The notes under the pieces were generated by a model, which did not search any database, was not told the DNA's origin, and saw only the letters and a program-made list of their open reading frames with translations. A stretch of DNA of 64,000 nt, from assembly GCA_963817855.1 (NCBI GenBank), contig CAWFQA010000004.1, forward strand, positions 369,668-433,667. The letters run 5' to 3'. Made by a program: the position numbers and the translations under genes. Of the stretch, positions 27,070 through 36,845 are shown piece by piece. This DNA comes from an uncultured Acidobacteriota bacterium. GTDB lineage: Bacteria; Acidobacteriota; Terriglobia; Terriglobales; Acidobacteriaceae. Each line of letters starts with the position of its first letter. The stretch's first letter is position 1.

Positions 27070-27975
27070 TTAGCTCACAGCGGCGTTGCGCGGCAGGCCG
27101 ACGCTGCCATGCATAATCTCAATAAAAGCCTGGGCGGCGCGGCTGAGCGACTTGTCTTTGCGATAGATCAGAACCAGGTCGCGCGCAATGCGAACGTCTT
27201 CCAATTCGACGACCCCCAGCAGTCCCGCGGCAAATTCTGTCACTGTGTTGGAGCGAGCCTGGAAGCCAATGCCGACGCCGGCAGCAGCGAATCGCTTGAT
27301 CAGTTCGTTGGATTCCAATTCCATTGAGATTTCCGGCTTGAGCTGCCCGGTGGCAAACATCTGATCGATTGCATCGCGAGTGCGACCTTGCTTGGGAAGG
27401 ATCAATGGGTAGGACGCAACCCCTGCCAGCTTGGTCATTGGCTTGCTTGTTAGCGGATGACCGACTGCGGTGATCACGACCATCTCATCCTTGTGAACCG
27501 GCACGATGGTCAGGCGCGGATCGTTGACCGGTTGTGTCGTCACCCCGAAATCCACTTCCTGTGACAGGACTGCTTCCATGGTTCGAGAGCGTTCATGGCG
27601 CGCGATGGAAACCGACACGCGTGGATATTTTCCTTTGAACTGCGCGAAAACCTGCGGCAGGATGTAGAGGCAGGTCGCTTCATTGGCACTTACGACCAGC
27701 TGGCCCCGCGGCGTGCGAGCCATTTCCGCCAACGCACGAACAATATTGCGTCGCGCCTGCAAAGTCTCTTCCGCATATTCCAGGAAAAGTCTGCCGCCTC
27801 CGGTCAGCGTGACACGGCCGCCGGTTCGATCAAACAATCTGGCGCCAATGTCCTCTTCGAGAGCTCGAATCTGCGCAGAAATGGCTGGCTGGGTGCGAAA
27901 CAGTTTCTCCGCAGCGCGGGAAAAACTCGCATTCCGTGCCACCTCGACAAACGCTTTGAGCTGCTCAAAATCCAT
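27070..27975 (-). CDS. LysR family transcriptional regulator
   Basis: N-terminal HTH LKAFVEVARNASFSRAAEKLFRTQPAISAQIRALEEDIG plus a LysR substrate-binding domain. 301 aa. Confidence 0.9.
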   Translation of the reverse strand: MDFEQLKAFVEVARNASFSRAAEKLFRTQPAISAQIRALEEDIGARLFDRTGGRVTLTGGGRLFLEYAEETLQARRNIVRALAEMARTPRGQLVVSANEATCLYILPQVFAQFKGKYPRVSVSIARHERSRTMEAVLSQEVDFGVTTQPVNDPRLTIVPVHKDEMVVITAVGHPLTSKPMTKLAGVASYPLILPKQGRTRDAIDQMFATGQLKPEISMELESNELIKRFAAAGVGIGFQARSNTVTEFAAGLLGVVELEDVRIARDLVLIYRKDKSLSRAAQAFIEIMHGSVGLPRNAAVS

Positions 27976-28152
27976 GGTTTTCAGTTCAAAAGCCGGAACT
28001 GCGGAAGCCGGACCCGAAAGCTACGATAAAAAAATACTATTTGAAGGATAAAGGAAATCTATTTCAGTGTACCTGCGAACATGAAACAGAGACGATGGGA
28101 GTCAACGATAGCGTTTCATTGATCGCTTTGGTAGCGGCGAACGATAGGCGTG

Positions 28153-29082
28153 TCAGTGGCTTGGTGGCGCAGGTGTTACGGGAGTTTGTGACTTGGGGTG
28201 AGCGGCACGCTGCGCTTCTTTCTCTGCGGCTTCGCGGGCCAACTTCTTAGCCTTCTTGTTCTTATAGTGGAGAGCAATATCGGGCCAGAATTCGATCAGT
28301 TCCGCACCGATCGCCCCTTCGATCGTAACCGTCAGTCCGCGCTGAAGGGTGTCTGACACGGTGCGTTGTGCGTCGGGATAGTACACGTTGGAAATGGCTG
28401 CTCCAATCAGGTTGCCGACGACGTTGGAGTAGTTCGGGCCCCAGGTTCCGTTATCGCGCTTGGACCATCCCGTGCTTCCTGCGGCCCACAGGGCGCGGGT
28501 GATGAATTTGCCGTGGCCTCTCTGGTAATACCGCGGATCTTCATGCAAAAGACTCGGCAGGACCGCATTGCCGAAGAAATTGCCGGTGAAATAGTCGGTA
28601 TACGCAGCGCCGTATCGCTTGGCATAGCCTTCCACGCCCTGTCCGTATTCGGAGAAATCGTCGTCGGCCTGCGATATACCGGCAACCACGGCCGTCAACG
28701 CAAACGGCCACGGGTCGGTCGCGCTCTTGAAAAAAAGCTGGAATTTCTGGCGAGGGCTGAGAGGAAGCGCGTCGTGATTCTGTGTGGTGTTAAACGTCGC
28801 CATTACACCCATGATTCGTTGCTTTTCCTGCAGTTTCAGTTGCTGCTCCGCCGTCAGCGGCAGGTTTGTTTGCGGGGCTTGGCTCGAACTGCTTTGACCT
28901 GCAGACGCAGTGCCGTTTGTTTGCTGCGCTGGATTATTCTGAGAATCACTTGGCTGTACTTGCGGGGATGGGTTGTCGGGCAAGGTCAAGGAGGCGTTAG
29001 CCGATTGGCATCGTGCCAGGGGGACAGCTAGAAAGAAGACTACGGCCATCGAAGCAGCCGCTAACCGGCAAATCTGAGCCAA
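28153..29082 (-). CDS. Secreted hypothetical protein with a Q/S/P-rich linker
   Basis: TTG start with GAGG about 8 nt upstream. Signal peptide (MAVVFFLAVPLARCQSANA), a low-complexity region, then a globular region and a Lys-rich tail. No family recognised. Confidence 0.6.
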   Translation of the reverse strand: MAQICRLAAASMAVVFFLAVPLARCQSANASLTLPDNPSPQVQPSDSQNNPAQQTNGTASAGQSSSSQAPQTNLPLTAEQQLKLQEKQRIMGVMATFNTTQNHDALPLSPRQKFQLFFKSATDPWPFALTAVVAGISQADDDFSEYGQGVEGYAKRYGAAYTDYFTGNFFGNAVLPSLLHEDPRYYQRGHGKFITRALWAAGSTGWSKRDNGTWGPNYSNVVGNLIGAAISNVYYPDAQRTVSDTLQRGLTVTIEGAIGAELIEFWPDIALHYKNKKAKKLAREAAEKEAQRAAHPKSQTPVTPAPPSH

Positions 29083-29292
29083 ACTATACCTCTATCTTGT
29101 GAAAAGTAAGGCCTGATCGGCCAAGTTCGGGTCGCTTCCCGGCAAATCGGCGGAATAGATCCCGCGGATTCCAATCTGATAACTTAATTCGACCGAGCAG
29201 CCGGCCACGATGCAAACCCGCCAACGAAACAATAGTCTCCATCTTAAATTAGATTCTTTGGGCGGAAGGGAGTAGGTGCGCTTGGTAACGCC

Positions 29293-30465
29293 TCAGGTGG
29301 CAAGCGCCTGACCCGCGCAGAAGCCGGATGCCCAGGCCCATTGAAAATTGAAGCCACCCAGATGGCCTGTGACGTCGACGACTTCGCCGATAAAAAACAG
29401 CCCGGGCACGCTTCGGCACTCCATCGTCTTTGCGGAGAGTTCATTCGTATCAACGCCGCCTGCGGTAACTTCCGCTTTCGCATATCCTTCTGTACCTGCG
29501 GGCACAACGGCCCAATGATGCAGCTGACTTTCCAGCGTGCTAAGGGAACGATTGGTCCATTCCTGTGGTGGATGCAAAGCCAGCCAGCGATCAGCGAGAC
29601 GATGCGGAAGTGCAGCGCGCAGCAGCTGTTTCGCTGTCGTCAAAGTTCGCGGAAGGCTTGGATCGTGCCATGGCTGCGTCCATTCAAGGCCGGGAGCAAG
29701 ATCAATCTTCACCGCATCGCATGGCTTCCAATATGAAGAAATCTGCAGAATGGCGGGGCCACTCAGACCGCGATGTGTAAATAAAAGGTTTTCGCGAAAT
29801 TGCTCCACGCCGCAGCGGACCACGACGGGAACCGCAACTCCGGCGAGGCCGGCATAATTGGCCAGATCGTTCGCGGAAAATAGAAGAGGCACCAAAGCGG
29901 GACGGCAAGGTTGAATGGCAATTCCAAACTGTTTGGCCACCTGGTACCCAAAGGGAGTTGCGCCCATTTTCGGAATCGACAATCCGCCGGTCGCTACGAC
30001 CACGGCACCGCAGGAAAAAGATGCGTCGGGGGTGCGGATTTCAAAGCCGGTCGTATGGTGCACCTTCTCCACATGAGCGCTCAAGAAGATTTGCACGCCA
30101 GCCTCGCGACATTCCTCTTCCAGTAACGCGACCATGTCGCGCGCGGAGCGATCGCAGAACAGCTGGCCCAGCGTTTTCTCGTGATAAGGGATTTGATGTT
30201 TCGCAACCAGCGCGAGAAAATCCTGAGGTGTGTAACGGGCCAGCGCGGACTTGCAAAAATGTGGATTCGCGGAAATGAAGTTTTCCGGTCTGCAATGAAT
30301 ATTGGTAAAGTTGCAGCGGCCGCCGCCGGAGATGAGAATCTTCTTTCCGATTTTGTCCGCGTGGTCCAGCACGGCTACCCGTTTACCGTGCTTTCCAGCC
30401 TCGATGGCGCACATCAGGCCTGCTGCGCCGGCGCCGAGAATAAGGACATCGAAAACGTGGGTCAC
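29293..30465 (-). CDS. HI0933/BaiN-like NAD(P)/FAD-dependent oxidoreductase
   Basis: DVLILGAGAAGLMCA (dinucleotide fold), ISGGGRCNFTN, and C-terminal GLFFIGEVVDVTGHLGGFNFQWAWASG. Confidence 0.9.
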   Translation of the reverse strand: MTHVFDVLILGAGAAGLMCAIEAGKHGKRVAVLDHADKIGKKILISGGGRCNFTNIHCRPENFISANPHFCKSALARYTPQDFLALVAKHQIPYHEKTLGQLFCDRSARDMVALLEEECREAGVQIFLSAHVEKVHHTTGFEIRTPDASFSCGAVVVATGGLSIPKMGATPFGYQVAKQFGIAIQPCRPALVPLLFSANDLANYAGLAGVAVPVVVRCGVEQFRENLLFTHRGLSGPAILQISSYWKPCDAVKIDLAPGLEWTQPWHDPSLPRTLTTAKQLLRAALPHRLADRWLALHPPQEWTNRSLSTLESQLHHWAVVPAGTEGYAKAEVTAGGVDTNELSAKTMECRSVPGLFFIGEVVDVTGHLGGFNFQWAWASGFCAGQALAT

Positions 30466-30580
30466 TTGGTTTGGACCGAGGCAGAGAACTTCTTCATTAT
30501 GCCTTGCTGGCCGAAGGAGACGGACGAGGACGCATGAGAACCTATCTGATATGCATAGCTTGCGAACGATCGAATGCGAC

Positions 30581-31525
30581 CTAAGCCGCGGTTGGCGAGG
30601 AGGGGGGGAAGTTTCTTCCCGTCGGCTTGCGCGTCAGTAGATAGATCATGCCTAGAATGACCAAGATTGTGACGCACCCGGCCAAGCCCAGGACTCTCAA
30701 AATAGAAACCGTGTATCGACCCGACGACGGATTGTAACTGCAGCAGTAGAGCAGAAACAGATCGGCTGCGCTGCCGATTTTGTGGTTCGAGGCGTCCACC
30801 ATCGCCAGGCGCAAATCGCGCGGCTGATATTGGATGCCGGAGAAATATTTTGAGAGTCGACCGTCCGGAGTCGCCACCATAATCACACTGGAGTGGGCAA
30901 ACTGATCCATCTTGCCATCCGGGCCGGGAACGCGCACGTAATGAAAGCCCGTTGCGGAACTGAGTGCATCGATCGAAGCTTGCTGGCCAGTGAGGAAGTG
31001 TACACCGGGAGCGGCCCCGGGATCGCCAAGCCAGCTAAGGAATAATTGCTTTTCGCTGGCAGCCTGATGCGCTGTGTCTTTGGGATCGAAGCTGGCGACG
31101 ACGATCTCGTAGTCCTTACCTGCCTTCAGTCCAGTTTGCTTCAGCGCGTCCGCAGCCCCATGCATCACCTGCGGGCACAACATGCCGCAGCTAAAGTAGA
31201 CCTCTGCCATAACGACAGGGCGCTTGCCGAAATAATCGCCCAGCATGACGGGCTTTCCGGTCGAGTCAACATACGCCGCGCCCAACGGCAATTTTCGATT
31301 CAAATTTTGTGCGATGCCGGCATGTTTCAAGTAGGTTGGCAGACTGTTTGATACGGTGCCCATGGAGGGGTTGCGCGCGCCTCCGTATTGCGCCTGGCAG
31401 ATCGGAATGAAGCAGGCGAGCAGCAGCGCCGCAAGCAATGCGCCCAGACTCAGCCTGAATACCAATGAGGAGGAAGAGGTGTGTTGGTGAATCGTGCGTA
31501 GGTTGAATGCTGGCACATCTTCCAT
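30581..31525 (-). CDS. SCO (Sco1/SenC) family thioredoxin-fold protein with an extra C-terminal membrane anchor
   Basis: Proposed ATG at 31525. N-terminal hydrophobic segment, CxxxC motif (FSCGMLCP), DPKDT, then CCSYNPSSGRYTVSILRVLGLAGCVTILVILGMIYLL. Confidence 0.8.
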   Translation of the reverse strand: MEDVPAFNLRTIHQHTSSSSLVFRLSLGALLAALLLACFIPICQAQYGGARNPSMGTVSNSLPTYLKHAGIAQNLNRKLPLGAAYVDSTGKPVMLGDYFGKRPVVMAEVYFSCGMLCPQVMHGAADALKQTGLKAGKDYEIVVASFDPKDTAHQAASEKQLFLSWLGDPGAAPGVHFLTGQQASIDALSSATGFHYVRVPGPDGKMDQFAHSSVIMVATPDGRLSKYFSGIQYQPRDLRLAMVDASNHKIGSAADLFLLYCCSYNPSSGRYTVSILRVLGLAGCVTILVILGMIYLLTRKPTGRNFPPSSPTAA

Positions 31526-31687
31526 CCTAGATGAGTTTGCGAATCTCGTGTAGCGTGCGCCTCCGCATTCAAGCATTCGCCGATCAAATCGCTCCGAGTT
31601 TGTCACCGGCCGCAGTCTGGCGGCAGCAGAACTGGAGTGGTAGCCTGATCAAGGACTAATCCGTTTACAAATTGGAGATTGCAGGCA

Positions 31688-33109
31688 ATGCAGGCAAGTT
31701 ATAGTGGCGTCGAGCTGCCCAAAGATGGCAAGCCGATTGAATATTCCAACGGAACGTATCAAGTACCCGACAATCCCATCATTCCTTACATTGAAGGCGA
31801 CGGAACCGGTCGCGATATTTGGCGCGCATCGCAACGTGTATTCGACGCCGCTGTGGCCAAAGCCTACGGTGGGAAACGCGCCGTCAAGTGGTTTGAAATA
31901 TTTGCTGGAGAAAAGGCGTTTTCCCGTTTTCAGAGCTGGCTTCCGGACGATACAGTCCAAGCGGCGCGCGATTTGCGCGTTTCGATTAAGGGACCGCTGA
32001 CCACTCCTGTCGGCGGAGGCATTCGCTCGTTGAATGTGACGCTACGACAGATGCTGGATCTGTATTCCTGCATTCGCCCCGTGAAGTATTACCAGGGCGT
32101 TCCCAGTCCAGTGAAGCATCCGGAAAAACTCGACGTCGTGATCTTCCGCGAGAATACGGAAGATGTGTACGCAGGCATCGAGTTTAAAGAGGGAACCGCC
32201 GAGGCGAAAAAAATTCTGGATTTTCTGAACAACACCATGCTGGCTGGTACCAAGAAAAAGATTCGTGAAGATTCCGGCATTGGAATCAAGCCGATCTCGA
32301 TTACAGGAACCAAGCGACTAGTGCGGGTGGCGATTGAGTTTGCGCTGAAGCACCATCGCAAGTCCGTCACGCTAATGCACAAGGGGAATATCCAGAAGTT
32401 TACTGAAGGCGCTTTTCGTGAGTGGGGATACGAAGTCGCGGTTGATGAGTTCAGAGATTCAATTGTGACCGAGCGCGAGAGCTGGATTCTCGGCAATCTG
32501 GAAGCGAAGCCGAGCCTGACGGTGGAGCAGAATGCGGCCATGATCGAACCAGGACTCGAGCATGCGCCGCAAAAGTTCCGCGAGGAGGCGTTTACGGAAG
32601 TGAAGCAGGTGATTGATACGATCGGCGTCAGCCACGGACAAGGAAAATGGAAGAAGAAGCTGCTGGTCAACGACCGCATTGCGGATTCCATTTTCCAGCA
32701 GGTGATCGTTCGTCCCGATGAATACAGTGTGCTGGCGACTCCGAATCTGAACGGCGACTACATCTCCGACGCATGCGCAGCGCAGGTTGGCGGTTTGGGT
32801 ATCGCGCCGGGCGCGAATGTCGGCGATGGCTATGCTGTGTTTGAAGCCACCCACGGAACAGCGCCGAAGTACGCGGACAAGGATGTCATCAATCCCGGTT
32901 CCGTGATGCTATCGGGCGTGATGCTGTTTGATTTCATCGGCTGGATTGAGGCCTCTCGCCTGATCGAAAACTCCATGGAGCGAACGATTCAGCAGAAATT
33001 TGTCACCTATGATTTTGAGCGGCAGATGCAGGGAGCTACCAAGGTGGGAACCAGCGAATTTGCGACTCGAATGATTGAAAATATGGATGCGGTCGCGATG
33101 ATTCGCTAA
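31688..33109 (+). CDS. icd: NADP-dependent isocitrate dehydrogenase
   Basis: GGAG 10 nt upstream of the ATG at 31688. [26 protein letters not shown] and NLNGDYISD motifs. Confidence 0.95.
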   Translation: MQASYSGVELPKDGKPIEYSNGTYQVPDNPIIPYIEGDGTGRDIWRASQRVFDAAVAKAYGGKRAVKWFEIFAGEKAFSRFQSWLPDDTVQAARDLRVSIKGPLTTPVGGGIRSLNVTLRQMLDLYSCIRPVKYYQGVPSPVKHPEKLDVVIFRENTEDVYAGIEFKEGTAEAKKILDFLNNTMLAGTKKKIREDSGIGIKPISITGTKRLVRVAIEFALKHHRKSVTLMHKGNIQKFTEGAFREWGYEVAVDEFRDSIVTERESWILGNLEAKPSLTVEQNAAMIEPGLEHAPQKFREEAFTEVKQVIDTIGVSHGQGKWKKKLLVNDRIADSIFQQVIVRPDEYSVLATPNLNGDYISDACAAQVGGLGIAPGANVGDGYAVFEATHGTAPKYADKDVINPGSVMLSGVMLFDFIGWIEASRLIENSMERTIQQKFVTYDFERQMQGATKVGTSEFATRMIENMDAVAMIR

Positions 33110-33142
33110 TTGCCATTGAACGAAGTTTTGTAAAGGAGAAAT

Positions 33143-34069
33143 ATGCGGAAGAAAGTTTCGATTGTGGGCGCGGGCAACGTGGGAGCCACGACTGCGCATT
33201 GGATCGCGGCCAAGGAATTGGCTGACATTGTATTGGTCGACGTAGTGGAAGGTATCCCGCAAGGCAAGGCGCTGGATTTGATGGAGGCAATGCCGATTGA
33301 AAAGCGCGATGTCCACGCGTTCGGTTCCAATGATTACGCAGCCACGGCAAATTCCGACGTTGTTGTCATTACGGCAGGAATCCCTCGCAAACCCGGCATG
33401 AGCCGCGACGATCTGTTGCATACCAACTTCAAGATTATGTCGGATGTGGTCAGCAAAGTGGTGGCGGCATCGCCGGACTGCTTCCTGGTGATCGTCTCCA
33501 ATCCTTTGGACGCGATGGCGCAGGCTGCCTACAAGCTTTCCAAGTTCAATCGCGAGCGGGTGATCGGCATGGCCGGAGTTCTAGATTCGGCACGATTTCG
33601 GACCTTCATCGCAGATGAGTTAAAGGTGAGCGTTGAAAATGTAACCGCGTTCGTGCTGGGAGGCCACGGCGATACCATGGTTCCCCTGGCGCGCTACTCC
33701 ACCGTCGCGGGAATCCCGATTACGGAGCTGATGGATCCGGCCACGATCGAGCGCTTGATCCAGCGCACACGCGATGGCGGCGCTGAGATCGTGAAGTACC
33801 TGAAGACGGGAAGTGCGTTTTATGCTCCCTCTGCGGCCGCCGTTGAAATGGTGGAGGCGATCCTGAAGGATAAGAAGAAGATTCTGCCATGTGCCGCTTA
33901 CCTTGAAGGCGAATATGGCATTCAGGGTTTATTCATTGGGGTTCCGTGCAAGTTGGGAGCCCGCGGTTTGGAAGAGATTATTCAAATCAAACTGACCGAT
34001 GAAGAGCAGGCAGGTCTCCAGAAGAGTGCAAAATCTGTGAAGGAACTCTGCGGCGTGATCGGCGTCTAG
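33143..34069 (+). CDS. mdh: Malate dehydrogenase (LDH-like family)
   Basis: AAGGAG ribosome-binding site. [14 protein letters not shown] and [16 protein letters not shown] motifs. 308 aa. Confidence 0.95.
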   Translation: MRKKVSIVGAGNVGATTAHWIAAKELADIVLVDVVEGIPQGKALDLMEAMPIEKRDVHAFGSNDYAATANSDVVVITAGIPRKPGMSRDDLLHTNFKIMSDVVSKVVAASPDCFLVIVSNPLDAMAQAAYKLSKFNRERVIGMAGVLDSARFRTFIADELKVSVENVTAFVLGGHGDTMVPLARYSTVAGIPITELMDPATIERLIQRTRDGGAEIVKYLKTGSAFYAPSAAAVEMVEAILKDKKKILPCAAYLEGEYGIQGLFIGVPCKLGARGLEEIIQIKLTDEEQAGLQKSAKSVKELCGVIGV

Positions 34070-34092
34070 AGCAGTTCTGATTGGAAAAAGAG

Positions 34093-34120
34093 AGGCCCGC
34101 ATTGGCGCGGGCCTTTTTTC
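34093..34120. terminator. Bidirectional rho-independent terminator between mdh and the SDR gene
   Basis: AGGCCCGC-attggc-GCGGGCCT stem with T-runs on both strands (TTTTTTCTTTT on plus, TCTCTTTTT on minus). Confidence 0.75.
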
Positions 34121-34150
34121 TTTTGAAGTTTCTGTCGAATTTTCACCGCA

Positions 34151-34888
34151 CTACCAGGGCAATGCTTTTCCCATGTGGATGAAGGCTCCATTCGGGCCAT
34201 CTTTCGCGAGCGTGGCTAAAGCGACCGAAGTCTTGGCTCCGTCGACAATTTCCATCGGCGCGGCGTCAGTACCCATATCCGTTTTCACCCAACCGGGATG
34301 TGCCGAATTCACTTTGATGTTGGTGTCCTGCAGTTCATGCGCCAGGTGAATCGTGAAGGTATTCAGAGCGGACTTCGACGCGTCGTAAGCAAAGGCCTTG
34401 CTGTTATAGATGGGAGACTTGGGATCGCTGTGCAGGGTGTTTGAAGCCAGAATGCTGGACAGGTTGACGATGCGGGCTGCAGGGCTTTTGCGGATTAATG
34501 GCAGCAGCGCCTGGGTCAGCGCGACCGGAGCGAACAAATTGGTGTCAAAGGTCTTTTTCAGCGTTTCAGCGGAGGTGCTGCTGGTCGTGTTCTTGCCCCA
34601 CCCTTCTTCCGCCACGCCTGCATTGTTGATGAGGATATCGAGCTTTCCGAATTTCTCCTGAATGAAGTTGACGGCCGCATCGCGGTCTTTCGCCTGTGTT
34701 ACATCCAGCTTCAATATTTGCGCGTCGATCCCTTCCGCACGCAGCTTCGCCGCTGCAGCCTCGCCTCTGTTTACATCGCGGGAGCCCACAATGACTGTGA
34801 TTCCCAGCTTTCCCAGTTGGCGTGCGGTTTCAAATCCAATGCCTTTGTTGGCGCCGGTAATCAGTGCGACCCGTTTGTTTTCGCTCAT
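34151..34888 (-). CDS. SDR family oxidoreductase
   Basis: ATG at 34888 with a purine-rich RBS. TGANKGIG cofactor motif, NNAG, and catalytic YDASKSA (YxxxK). Confidence 0.9.
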   Translation of the reverse strand: MSENKRVALITGANKGIGFETARQLGKLGITVIVGSRDVNRGEAAAAKLRAEGIDAQILKLDVTQAKDRDAAVNFIQEKFGKLDILINNAGVAEEGWGKNTTSSTSAETLKKTFDTNLFAPVALTQALLPLIRKSPAARIVNLSSILASNTLHSDPKSPIYNSKAFAYDASKSALNTFTIHLAHELQDTNIKVNSAHPGWVKTDMGTDAAPMEIVDGAKTSVALATLAKDGPNGAFIHMGKALPW

Positions 34889-34981
34889 CTTTCCCCCTGA
34901 ATCGTTTTCTCTCAACTTAGATCAACGTCAAAGCGAAAAGGATTCAGGGAAGATCGGATAAGGGCACAACCGTCCGCAGGA

Positions 34982-35512
34982 TTAGGCGACGCGCTCGATG
35001 GTGACACTTTCAAGGACCACGGGAGTGCGAGGCTTATCGGAGCGATCGCGATCCACTTCAGAAACTTTGTCCACGATGTCCTGCCCTTCGACGACTTCGC
35101 CGAAAATCGTGTGATTGCCGGTCAGCCATGGGGTGGCAGCGACGGTGATAAAGAACTGAGAGCCGTTCGTGTTCGGTCCAGAGTTTGCCATGGCCAACTT
35201 GCCCGGCGTATTAAAGCTGTGCGGCGAACCCTTTGTCTCGTCTTCAAACTTGTAGCCTGGTCCGCCAAAGCCGGTGCCGGCCGGATCGCCACCCTGGATC
35301 ATGAACTTCGGAATAACGCGGTGAAAAATCGTTCCGTCGAACAACTTGTCTTTGGATTTTTTGTTGTTCGTCGGATGCGTCCACTCGCGATTGCCTTCAG
35401 CGAGGTCTATAAAGTTGGCTACGGTTTTCGGCGCTTCTTTTTCAAAGAGGCGGCATATGATCTTGCCCTGCGATGTCTGGAAGGTAGCGTAAGTTCCGGG
35501 TGTTTGGGTCAT
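34982..35512 (-). CDS. Cyclophilin-type peptidyl-prolyl isomerase (cytoplasmic)
   Basis: FHRVIPKFMIQGGDP and GKLAMANSGPNTNGSQFFIT motifs. No signal peptide. Confidence 0.95.
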   Translation of the reverse strand: MTQTPGTYATFQTSQGKIICRLFEKEAPKTVANFIDLAEGNREWTHPTNNKKSKDKLFDGTIFHRVIPKFMIQGGDPAGTGFGGPGYKFEDETKGSPHSFNTPGKLAMANSGPNTNGSQFFITVAATPWLTGNHTIFGEVVEGQDIVDKVSEVDRDRSDKPRTPVVLESVTIERVA

Positions 35513-35596
35513 GATTGGCGAACTCCTCTTGAAGGTAAGAATCTTGTCGACAAAGTTGCTCGGGTTGCTTTGGTTGAGACCTCCAAAAGTGGACGC

Positions 35597-36445
35597 TCAA
35601 GGCTGGCTCGGTGTCGTTGTTGGAGCGGTTGCCGCGGCTGAAGGCTTGGATGGCGTTGGAGCGGGCGGCATTGGCTGGCCCGCCTGCACAATCGTGACCT
35701 TGTTGAGATAGACAGGATCGAGCGGCTTATCCTGAGGGTCGCGCTGCACCTGCGTAATGGATTCGGCGACCAGAACGCTGGCCGGGTCGCATTGCCCGAA
35801 GACGGTGTAGTGCTGATCGAGAGAAGGTTGTGGACCCACAGTAATAAAAAACTGGGAGCCGTTGGTATTCGGGCCGGCATTCGCCATCGCCAGTCGGCCA
35901 GCCACATTGAAGGTCAGCTTTGGATCGATCTCATCATTGAAAAAATAGCCGGGATCTCCCTCACCGGTTCCCGTGGGATCTCCACCCTGAATCATGAATC
36001 CCGGAATCACTCGATGAAATGTGGTGCCGTTGTAGAACGGCTTGCCATGCACCTTCTTGTGGGTTACGGGATCCGTGAATTGCTTCGTGCCCGTCGCCAG
36101 TCCGACAAAGTTTGCAACCGCGACTGGCGCTTCTTTGGCGTAGAGTCCGCAGGTCATCCGGCCCATGGAAGTGTCCAACACCACAGTTGGACCGTCCGGC
36201 GCGATGGGGGCCTCAATGTGAGCTGTCGTGGCGGGATCATCAGGCAGGGAATCTGTCGCGCCAGGGGCGGATTGCTGCGATTGTGCAGCAGAATCGCTCG
36301 ACTGCTGCGGGGGCGTTTGCTGCTGTTGCTGCGCCGTTTTGAAATTGCCGGCAGTCGAAGCGGCGGACATCTGTCCATAGACAAGAAAGCTGAAAAGGGC
36401 GATTGAATACAGAAAAGGGAGTCGAAAGCTTAAACGAACCATCAC
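35597..36445 (-). CDS. Cyclophilin-type peptidyl-prolyl isomerase (secreted, with low-complexity extensions)
   Basis: Signal peptide, a Q-rich linker (AQQQQQTPPQQSSDSAAQSQQ), the core FHRVIPGFMIQGGDP / GRLAMANAGPNTNGSQFFIT, and a Pro/Ala/Thr-rich tail. Confidence 0.9.
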   Translation of the reverse strand: MMVRLSFRLPFLYSIALFSFLVYGQMSAASTAGNFKTAQQQQQTPPQQSSDSAAQSQQSAPGATDSLPDDPATTAHIEAPIAPDGPTVVLDTSMGRMTCGLYAKEAPVAVANFVGLATGTKQFTDPVTHKKVHGKPFYNGTTFHRVIPGFMIQGGDPTGTGEGDPGYFFNDEIDPKLTFNVAGRLAMANAGPNTNGSQFFITVGPQPSLDQHYTVFGQCDPASVLVAESITQVQRDPQDKPLDPVYLNKVTIVQAGQPMPPAPTPSKPSAAATAPTTTPSQP

Positions 36446-36845
36446 TCCGTATTGTAACGGTTTGCGCAGGCCAGTGGAGCGAATGACGATCCGATGCTGA
36501 CGGCTCTATGCGTCGAAGCGCAACTGTGGCGGATTGCCTCGTTAGGTCTTGGCGCCGCTAAGACGAAAATCCTTCGAGTGAGAGTGCGCCACGATCGGCA
36601 TGGTCGCGTGTAAAAAGTACCCGATGTGGAATTGATTGCCGCTAAGTCGAAAGTCCCAAAATGGGAACGCTTCCTACTTTGGTAATGCACAAAGTAACCT
36701 GTGCGGTGGAAAATGGCGTGCGATGCGAGTAGTTTACGAAATGAAAATAATTTCTACATCGCAAACGGCACCGACAGGACGCGTTGTGGCAGGCTGCGTG
36801 CCTCATCATCGGCACAACGATCTTGATATGTGCGCTTTAGATTGA

